In this document: one piece after another, positions 60,501 through 64,000 of the stretch
How the letters are laid out: every line of letters begins with the position of its first letter
Position numbering within the stretch: the stretch's first letter is position 1
NCBI GenBank assembly: GCA_030698625.1
Contig: JAUYMS010000017.1
Coordinates: forward strand, 12,962 to 76,961
DNA: 64,000 nucleotides
Reading direction: 5' to 3'
From: Candidatus Omnitrophota bacterium
GTDB lineage: Bacteria; Omnitrophota; Omnitrophia; Omnitrophales; Aquincolibacteriaceae
Position numbers and translations under genes: made by a program
The notes under the pieces: generated by a model
What the model saw: the letters and a program-made list of their open reading frames with translations, nothing else
Databases searched by the model: none
Told to the model about the DNA's origin: nothing

Positions 60501-63500
60501 AGAAATCGGCGATGTACGGGTCGTTGTGACTCCGGATAAAGAGGTGGCGATTATTTTTGCCGCGAGGACTTCGGAATCGTGGGGTGTCTATCAGCAGAGT
60601 CCCGGCGCGGAGCCCGGTACGGAGGTCCTTCATGAAGACGGTTTTAGCAATATCCGCCACTTGACCGTTGCCGTTGATGAGCGGGGCACCCGGCGTATCT
60701 ACTTCACCTCATTGAATGATACGACCTGGGCCGCTCATGTTGACTTTCGCGCTGTGTGGCATGGTCCCGAGGAACCCTCCGCGGCGCGGGTGATGCACAC
60801 CGATGACGGAAATGTGGATTTCTATTTTGAAGCGGCATATTCGGGGCACAGGGCCCTATTTAACGGAGACGGAGAGATCGCAAAATCATTCGGCACGCTG
60901 CTGGATGCCGTCGTGGCCTTTGAAGCCGTGAACTTTGGACGCGAGGAAGGTGCCGTCCAAAAACTGAAACCCGAAGAGCGGGGCAAAAGAAGGCGGGATT
61001 TGCTGGCGGCTCTTCTTAAAGAATTAGGCGAACGGCCCGCGGCAGCGCATATGACCCAGTTACTCCAGGTGTTACGCCGCTTCAGCGGCGAGTCTGTAAG
61101 CGGTGAGGCCGGCATCACGGCGCTCACCGACCATCTTTTCACTCAGCCGGCATATCAGAAAGCATACCAGCGTACCGGGCAGGATGTCATGGCGACTATT
61201 CAAGAGGTTGTCGCTGAGAACCGGAAACGCTCTGAACTCCGATCAGACGGCCCGAAGGAGCCGAAGATTGCGCCTGTCGACGAAATTAATATCGAAATGC
61301 TGCGAGGGGCGCTGGATGTATTGAAGGCCAAGAACCCTGATGTCTATGCCGATATCGACCGTGCCGTCTCTTCGCAGTACGGTAAAAGTTACTTATGGGT
61401 GCAGAACATTCCGGGCATTGCGGCCCTCTATACGGACACCCTGGATGACGGCGAAGTGTATTCTTCGCTCGGGATCAACGTCGCGTGGAGGGGACTCATC
61501 GAAGCGGTGTACGCGTCGTTGAAAGTAGACGCAATGAAGGACTTGGATTATTTCCTCTATCTCGTGCTGCTGCGCGAAGGCCGCAAGCTACGCGGCGGGG
61601 ATTTCAACGAGACGATTACACCGAATCCCGCTCTGGAATTGAGGGCGTTCCTCAGCGCCGCAGACGGGTACTTCACATTGGGTTCCGGAGCGACGGAAAG
61701 GCATATCGTCATGGCTCAGGTCCATGCGGAAAACGGAAAACACTTTATTCGTACGAGCGACGGTCAAACCCTTCAAGTTGAATACAACCTGCAATTGGAC
61801 GACATCAAAAATCTTATGATGGCGATCGATGATGTCGGGAATCCGCATCTTTTTTACACGGGCCAGCGTCCCGACGGAAAAATGAGCCTTTATGACAGCA
61901 ATGAGGCATTAGCCGAGGCATATGATGAGATCAAATTTGCGGCCGGCCCCATCGACCGAACGGGATTCGTACAGGCCTTTTATTTCGGCAAGAGGGACGG
62001 GAAGTGGGCCCTGTTCCGGAACAAAGAACATTTGATCTCGGGGCTTGAGGGTGTCGGGGCTGCACGCATTGCCCTCGATAAACGAGGGGATACGCATCTC
62101 TTTTTTACCGCATTGAAGGGCGGCGTTTGGCGGCTCTATCGTGATGGAGAGCTCTACTTCAAGGATGCCGAAGAGGAGCTCGCCGATACCGATGAGCCGG
62201 ACATGTCAACGCCGGAGGCGCGGGGGCGCGCGCTGCGGGCCGCCGTTGAAGAAACCGCCGCAGGACGGGTGATAAGAGATGCCCTGGAGAATATGGGCAT
62301 CACCTCACCTAACCCGGGAGAATCCATGCTCGATGAATTTTCGGGCGGCCCTATCGATGATGACCTCGCCTTCCAACTCTTAGAGGACTTAGAGGGCGGC
62401 GCCGCTGATGAGCATATCCTTATCCCATTCGAAGAATTAGACGCGGAGCCCGATTTCGAAGAGGTGCCCGCAGTTACAGGGCCCGAATTGGCCCTTGCGC
62501 AGAGAATGGAAAAACAGATCCTTGCGATTCTGAACATCCCCAGCCCGACTCGGGCGGCCGTTCTACAGGACCTAGTTGAAAAAATCGCAACGCTGCTGAA
62601 CCCGCGCATTATTGCGCGAGTTCCGGAATCGATTCTCATTAACATCTCGGGGCGCTTACAGCGGGCACAGGAAACACCCGGTTTTAAGAAATATAGCCGC
62701 GCGCTTCAGGGCATGGTGGACAAAGTGAAAGCGAGGCTGGAAGAAGTCAAAGCGGCAAAACGGACGGCTGGCGAAAGGAGACCCTCCGCCGGGGCGGTCC
62801 TTGCCGGCGCAAGCGCGGCCCTAACCCGGGGAATCGGTTTGAAGCCGAATCGGCGACACATTTTTGCGGTCGAGACGATGCAGGACGGAGACGACCGCAC
62901 CCAGGTTTTTATTGCTGCCAGGGTGCAGAATGGGAAGGTCAGCCTCTTTCGGGAAACGACGCGCCTCGTTGCGGAAGTCGATAAGGTGCAAGATATGATA
63001 ACCGTCGCCGACGGTGAAGGAAATCCGCACCTCATTTCCGTCGTAAAGCGCGGAGTGAACTCGGTGCTTTATCTGGATTCTGATGAGGTCAAGGGAGACT
63101 TTGAAGAGGTGGGGCATGTCGCACCTCTGGTGGATAAACGAGGCCGAGTGCAGGTTTACTTTACGGCGAAGAAAAACGGGACGTGGGAGCTTTACCGAAA
63201 TGCAGTCAAACTGATGGCGAGCGCCGATGATATTCAAAAACCGGTGGTCCTGCTTGACGGAAACGGCAATGAACATGTCGTTGTGCCGCGCGCCTCCAGG
63301 ACGACTTCCGTCGAGATGATCGATTTTCTCATCCAAACACGGCCGAAAACTGACGAGCCGGCCGAAGAAGAACTCTATAACGAAAAACAGGTCCTCGCGA
63401 GCGGCTTTAAGAGATTCGGAAAACCGGCCGTGGGGCTGGATACGAACGGCAGGATCCGCATTGTCTTTACCGGGACCAAAGAAAAGGGGAGCGGGTCCGA

Positions 63501-64000
63501 TCGCACCGAAGTCTGGAGCCTCTTTGACGGTGAAAACGAGATCCTCAAAGGGAGTGCGTTCATCGGTGACCCGGTCGCTGCGAATGATAAAACCGGGAAA
63601 TTTATTTATTATTATGTCGCCAAAGAGACGGGTTTTATAATGAGAAGCGAAACGTATGCCCTCTATAAGGACGAGGGGTACGGCCCCGTGAAGACGGCGG
63701 CGGGATTTTCAGACATGCAACCGCCCGTGCTCATTCCGGCGGCGAGGGGAGGAGTCGAAGGTTATTTTACCGGCCGCAAGAAGAGCGCCTTCGGTATCTA
63801 TGATGAAAGTGGGGCCCTCGCCAGGGGTTTCGGAGAAGGGCTCGTCGAGGTTGCCGGTATGGGTGCGGATGTCGTGACGCGGGATGACACGGATACCCAG
63901 AAAACGGCCGCAGACACGCTCCTGCTGCGGCAGCGCGTGCAATCGTTGATCGGACGTCTAAGACCCAAAGAGATGCACGCAGGCTGGAAGACATTTTTTG
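48511..64000 (+). CDS. Giant modular protein 3 (>5160 aa, 3'-truncated by the window)
   Basis: Frame +1 is open from 48406 with no stop seen, and the ORF track lists no closed frame +1 ORF after this point. GTG 48511 follows a G-rich SD. Leader MQKDYSYFQRVVALVTALVFFTTSVVEWSYASAAP; FVIEDAH/YVEGA/GVED/GGFH N-domain; five RSELR. Confidence 0.92.
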   Translation, partial: MQKDYSYFQRVVALVTALVFFTTSVVEWSYASAAPTPETHLQFISELGIPADIATVRDSFGDFSEKGDHVFVIEDAHTNYDAQTNTKALLEYLQTKLNIHHAYVEGAAAPLAPERIRFYEDEATNVRLAGELAKKGEVTGIELFLLEHGNHFQANGVEDLGMYAENLALYRRVLGAKAESVELLKILRSQTERIISRLFGARLREIVRQWMAFREQRMDLDQWIPELERAARDLVHVDFEDPMAQLKWPQLVRLYRLKQLEQDIDTEKMEQELIRVEVLMKAAGQEGLAQEFRQLLTVEGEPELRLRRAMEDLYRRMQPLGFSFNAYPALRNFTAVTIFRREMNALEMMTELERLVDTLMETLAVTDAEKEFLPFIKRLYLLENALTLTLTREQWDQLGDEVRPEALLDELSRHSRNLAIEGLDEESLNKRYARVFNLTESVKRFYETARARERVLVKNTLAGMKSEGINNAVMIAGGFHTDGIAALLREAGVSHLVLSPNIRNIKDDEQDYYCMMTGRCDTAVPVLHTGLNSAAIHRESAGLRAYRYRLRRIVETIVGLGIGSLEDDRERVLRSFGLLADRSELRDQPVPTDAVEDHLIKPVLNRLQASHPDVAANLKLNITFEGEANIFWAKNMTKPVAIYSEVLDIGPRTASLAIDSRLRSAFIEASNSGNPLFAAAAEDALLLLVLREAIALNSPHVSDTLNLPVAIAFTSFLEQSMSFKELSSRLALEHVSDWEDYFKQVIGILDAAAPEFRLATLHRLWMEQAAGHQTLGDIDEIINFVSKEGGVDMGSDVVTMTVSEGLASASANRRAVLESRKRILLRELAAMQQGPARFRGVGSLVPWDLPAEDGYNLAGEPQGLFSQDGKYVALGLRYEQGDSGLSGVSDGDLVTEGASNGIMNQVVLYGVLHDAQSHIVDDVREYRTIPAEALTRFAEITGLVMSSDNQLLVVSGPARDGGKTLVSVFNISGKLQLKDGQAVDGEVYDELRTLEFDETPDFVEIAADNYALFVGLGKELRRYEFIMDEAEISGLKAPVIGKTATYEVKAAAEIPEAVPLLARLKFVEGKSPELSLRHDGNVAEAMIQMLSSIPIAALSDGSAVLAVSASKALMMGLQAETVGSLAVAEAIQARVRVIETEIAAIDAPQRSELRTADFDPEKHPATIEITSYYTSRDHLRMALAIGNAELYTQALGESIHFAKKAMDLIDHRGEVQTIVSYLRTKQDVPFQRDTIGDTFEITRVQEDKFSREEQEMIEVETQKFLKALGFQGSVAEDLAREIMLVSYPLSLANMMPPTIEGAEFQPEMTREIGKSLHQFVFAESLTLGGAVVVNPSLAKDITIQILQKNDPIAFKGSFLHEVVHFLALKNALPFDVSRELVTQAITTAVFLTEAGSLEPILSQIPEDMQEWRILYETVVSWGETAAEQGHRIKRPEELDSMVRDFIETRVPEIMNMPYAKYNDFVDRLSGVYLGAFAAKTKALDPKTNLYKFIVDYGIRHLPRVRNNAFTRSLTQRDHAFIQEVMKTLSAVAQVTIPDGRITFKEQSMKETQERGLGRMVYDADKHVIYYLPWDIVEFGKDASVGHLLQEIFRYQHTYDGEIEEAYDHTAFRLLFSVAESARVVALGLAEFPERLIDIEAFYERKLRILDLEIEKDRMAEQPKFVQYVEGLFYALAKSGDPENPEWDPRIVTDIVKEALNDTFAVVAEAMAAEGPTAGRYFYEVIRDQVWPVVERLLELDKKEALEQELENQTMSQMIENGDFEIVEAPPSEGEPSPMPLPPGAKLKINISPGSTAGAIDMKDLSPEARAALEEAMKKFMENMDDEQKKKFEEAARQALENSLEDAVDGMAPITSGMDGELPGQGKFKPGRGSPQVPGRGDVSTDALGELYQDLEEAEDQANRISQQADAIEAEAARVIQEALDAARQAAEIDREGEGDKAKALEMEKALAGLAQQLKNLRAEANRFHDMADDVEAKIDDVRDDPDLDQDQVQEIRDRVDDLQGKALEIDDDAAGADKDGQQAVKSGDEMKDMMERDPDRTNFIKGRAKRVQETLEDAKGRLDEVQKDAQEAAAQSGDLKGETRAMRQGVVQNAPMEVEESPVPDISVDDGLEDAPGEGGVGAGGGDPGGHIKIKMPNRSRPGKKRRRKQAQKKGLQPEKVRKHTVDPRVAESLRELLQDEAFQAPEKPFDIDDFYTATEPGDVSPDQRHIYDMIRNLSRSHEATIRDAILSVLDELESTEDIPRQKKGRLDGRRLAVVDSGIKDINKRKVTPDAPVVRVSILIDVSGSMFSDVNNLQVIPPVSDEYLEQALKTKNRITNAVRTALLFMEAFRNEERVELEIGLFAARQKIILRFGEEITDAKAYEVIRTILNHGLGGDNTDLAGLQMMVNSQREREAEMGPASKIVVIIADGGINYTDALGLQTTMQNNTDMAFLPRGIGPASANVKGAYAPFGKEVDDVTKLAKGLGDDVLNEIERLRPTGGDDRSELRVMHPVIVRPERFETDNFKVVREGKDEFLVVKGGRYPTFKAKVDKGGRNVPDEDLYETETNVADVVQIIKHVRNQDLDRSPLYIEGEAGTAKNKKVYYAAKLLRKATRYMAMHDDIHDDDLTERRGVNEKEEGKTDWIPSPLVEAMMNGDWIILDEVNKAKTTVLQKLNQIIQSRRVVLHDGTVVTAKPGFAVIMMANPPPSSGDAKVYSVQKISAEIMDRLRYMKIDYLPRHEELQLLFHILMKKRGLKTASSIPNVDKEMVRKLVDAARIIRERYEDVDPATNLSRGRGKKVARPFSTRALVNIVEHIAAYPEERDRIRSVIKRFYSYEWEKDDQVRKVEEALNNKLPRFDEPYVFSDGDLMGPKYSTNAEGKRVLEFAGVQVELGEHAPLGMDDVPLEMRLTWTSKNLEYLRHMMMDLRAGNHMLFIGEAGTGKDTIAEYVTYLTHGPVVETFGVTKNAMAEDFIAYVGLGEGEKVAKDGLVLAVGKNETGLVPSYVVRAMLAGRPVILSEINKGKPEVFAALNNILEYGWIDLANGRRVHAEPGFVIIGTMNPPKRQYMGNYGLSGEFIDRFSTYKFDYLERDQEVDILEDFNQYIRTLPDRNFYRLKREFIEKITDMVRILRRRYDDNELPHPVSMRALKRLIVTFAEYPEIYKAEKKDTEKQTPLEKAILSSIFFHDPVHQEEVLKAMRAANVKGLRDIVEFDVSTGSQVLDAAFQQLRSNLGSIDSMIRALAEFDRLIEDNKDKIPPAIFKKAQPAYRHLVANEFPPKWGESQLADAVVVHVLQRLGGELALPVLPPINREVLRTGPLDLAAHPEFGVRFIGDMVQGIAEVTGQKQDARFLKIAGKVFLGLRKGFSAKQIVRAFERDGLKLYGTERTGDSKGGEYFAAFFGLAKDVQDAVRSNTAITEVANYEARIKVLGLSQDWVDVFAKLSRPAVNPVLAKTWRDQLITAVDLSKRDRIVRLAILLTLQILFKNSDRVFMDQVVRERIKILSRSELRSDEDSQPQQHLSIWPVQGKPAPSSGFVPVDEIDVKLVLSAALKELRTQHFALYQNLWTEINAEWGPNFLWVEGLPAPAMVYAHELDGGDRATVFALDVGLRGYLEKAYSEKNEKRKEAATEFLLMLLIGEAASLEGRPMKETRTPDLKNDLLAALTVAKHFYSVPSQAPVQQSALFAVVKEGNRFVFKRSDGPAIDLSRGLEAVNGVQFTVNEGGEPRVHFHGSGQGVWGLYDQFGRKVGPFEQIVPWPVEYPVSMRDGKGGIQTYFWVLQDGQWILYNQDGVIGDGLNDLKNTFAHVERPRLYENENGDPYILFIGQPAGSNWGLYSVTQSEGQGPVVTLFQGGFDSRRHRDFDEKESGVGYPQPLRLPDGRRSLVVQNNLQLIYRGAALGEEAIFHNRKTVKAGFEETGEPHPAADSKGRIYTFFRAKEKNPAEPNEKGLWRIYNNAVPVSAPLAEIGEPEPFFDKQEGAHALYKGRAAGDDAPWHLYQDGMPLTKAYEEIGDVRVVVTPDKEVAIIFAARTSESWGVYQQSPGAEPGTEVLHEDGFSNIRHLTVAVDERGTRRIYFTSLNDTTWAAHVDFRAVWHGPEEPSAARVMHTDDGNVDFYFEAAYSGHRALFNGDGEIAKSFGTLLDAVVAFEAVNFGREEGAVQKLKPEERGKRRRDLLAALLKELGERPAAAHMTQLLQVLRRFSGESVSGEAGITALTDHLFTQPAYQKAYQRTGQDVMATIQEVVAENRKRSELRSDGPKEPKIAPVDEINIEMLRGALDVLKAKNPDVYADIDRAVSSQYGKSYLWVQNIPGIAALYTDTLDDGEVYSSLGINVAWRGLIEAVYASLKVDAMKDLDYFLYLVLLREGRKLRGGDFNETITPNPALELRAFLSAADGYFTLGSGATERHIVMAQVHAENGKHFIRTSDGQTLQVEYNLQLDDIKNLMMAIDDVGNPHLFYTGQRPDGKMSLYDSNEALAEAYDEIKFAAGPIDRTGFVQAFYFGKRDGKWALFRNKEHLISGLEGVGAARIALDKRGDTHLFFTALKGGVWRLYRDGELYFKDAEEELADTDEPDMSTPEARGRALRAAVEETAAGRVIRDALENMGITSPNPGESMLDEFSGGPIDDDLAFQLLEDLEGGAADEHILIPFEELDAEPDFEEVPAVTGPELALAQRMEKQILAILNIPSPTRAAVLQDLVEKIATLLNPRIIARVPESILINISGRLQRAQETPGFKKYSRALQGMVDKVKARLEEVKAAKRTAGERRPSAGAVLAGASAALTRGIGLKPNRRHIFAVETMQDGDDRTQVFIAARVQNGKVSLFRETTRLVAEVDKVQDMITVADGEGNPHLISVVKRGVNSVLYLDSDEVKGDFEEVGHVAPLVDKRGRVQVYFTAKKNGTWELYRNAVKLMASADDIQKPVVLLDGNGNEHVVVPRASRTTSVEMIDFLIQTRPKTDEPAEEELYNEKQVLASGFKRFGKPAVGLDTNGRIRIVFTGTKEKGSGSDRTEVWSLFDGENEILKGSAFIGDPVAANDKTGKFIYYYVAKETGFIMRSETYALYKDEGYGPVKTAAGFSDMQPPVLIPAARGGVEGYFTGRKKSAFGIYDESGALARGFGEGLVEVAGMGADVVTRDDTDTQKTAADTLLLRQRVQSLIGRLRPKEMHAGWKTFF
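51973..55968 (+). other. Giant 3 module: HExxH segment, acidic coiled coil and CobT/NorD/CbbO-type vWA domain
   Basis: FLHEVVHF (~52582); KGRLDGRRL; MIDAS SILIDVSGSM (~55351-55380); KIVVIIADGG. Confidence 0.78.
55984..58983 (+). other. Giant 3 module: tandem MoxR/dynein-related AAA+ domains
   Basis: GEAGTAKN (56236) with WIILDEVNKA, MMANPP and DRL; GEAGTGKD (57271) with VILSEINKG, GTMNPP and FIDRF. Confidence 0.85.
59620..63860 (+). repeat. ~40-aa beta-strand repeats (propeller-blade-like) in the last two modules of giant 3
   Basis: Recurrent D..G..h.[FY].[GA]...G.W.LY, e.g. DKRGDTHLFFTALKGGVWRLY, DKRGRVQVYFTAKKNGTWELY, ENGDPYILFIGQPAGSNWGLY. Confidence 0.7.

Larger units (their letters stand above)
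50254..61242 (+). repeat. RSELR peptide-delimiter array in giant 3
   Basis: Motifs start at 50254, 51958, 55969, 58984 and 61228. Confidence 0.92.

Noticed and set aside
2203-61242. RSELR DNA repeats as a CRISPR array or integron attC sites
   Set aside because: The repeats are only 15 nt, vary at wobble positions, are in frame and lie 0.5-4 kb apart. There are no attC-like hairpins and no cas or intI gene in the window.
2203-61242. Modules as inteins, or the giants as artefacts of stop-codon reassignment or misassembly
   Set aside because: There are no intein C/S...HN termini. The frames have no internal stops under the standard code, neighbouring genes end in TAA, TGA and TAG normally, and the architecture repeats in three genes.
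48778-63994. Many minus-strand ORFs up to 341 aa (e.g. 52483-53508, 53848-54735) and short frame +2/+3 ORFs
   Set aside because: They are shadows of the giant 3 reading frame, with no recognisable motifs, while frame +1 has clear domains.

Overview
Bacterial genomic window in which about 86% of the DNA encodes three paralogous giant proteins on the + strand: 445-13536 (4363 aa), 21986-48319 (8777 aa) and a third from 48511 running off the window end (>5160 aa). The third is absent from the supplied ORF track because it has no stop codon in the window. All three share a signal-peptide-like leader and a ~500-aa N-terminal domain (Q/E-D-A-H...EG...FY-x5-R-[ED]...GGFH) resembling the TIKI/TraB/EreA/ChaN superfamily. 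Each then carries a string of unrelated cargo modules separated by the pentapeptide RSELR, of which I located 31 exact copies plus RSELG and RSEPR. Cargo includes kinase-like, SAM methyltransferase, HAD, GNAT, FabD-like, RelA/SpoT-type HD hydrolase, REC, HD-GYP, UDP-glucose dehydrogenase, truncated PPDK, alpha-CTD-like, vWA, tandem AAA+, beta-repeat and membrane modules. Duplicated modules and a 21-bp direct repeat have their boundaries at RSELR, and its codons fall into linked haplotypes. This suggests a modular, probably proteolytically processed, cassette-shuffled effector polyprotein system (inference). Between giants 1 and 2 lies an ordinary block: Xaa-Pro peptidase, Rieske ferredoxin, split transketolase, GGT, Nudix, lipoprotein, YccA/BI-1, PEP-CTERM protein and MORN-repeat protein, plus a candidate three-hairpin sRNA. 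The 3' end of mqnD opens the window. The gene content resembles Ca. Omnitrophota, where giant multi-enzyme ORFs are known (inference; no marker gene here). No rRNA, tRNA, CRISPR, integrase or transposase was recognised. All domain calls come from motifs read by eye, with no database search.
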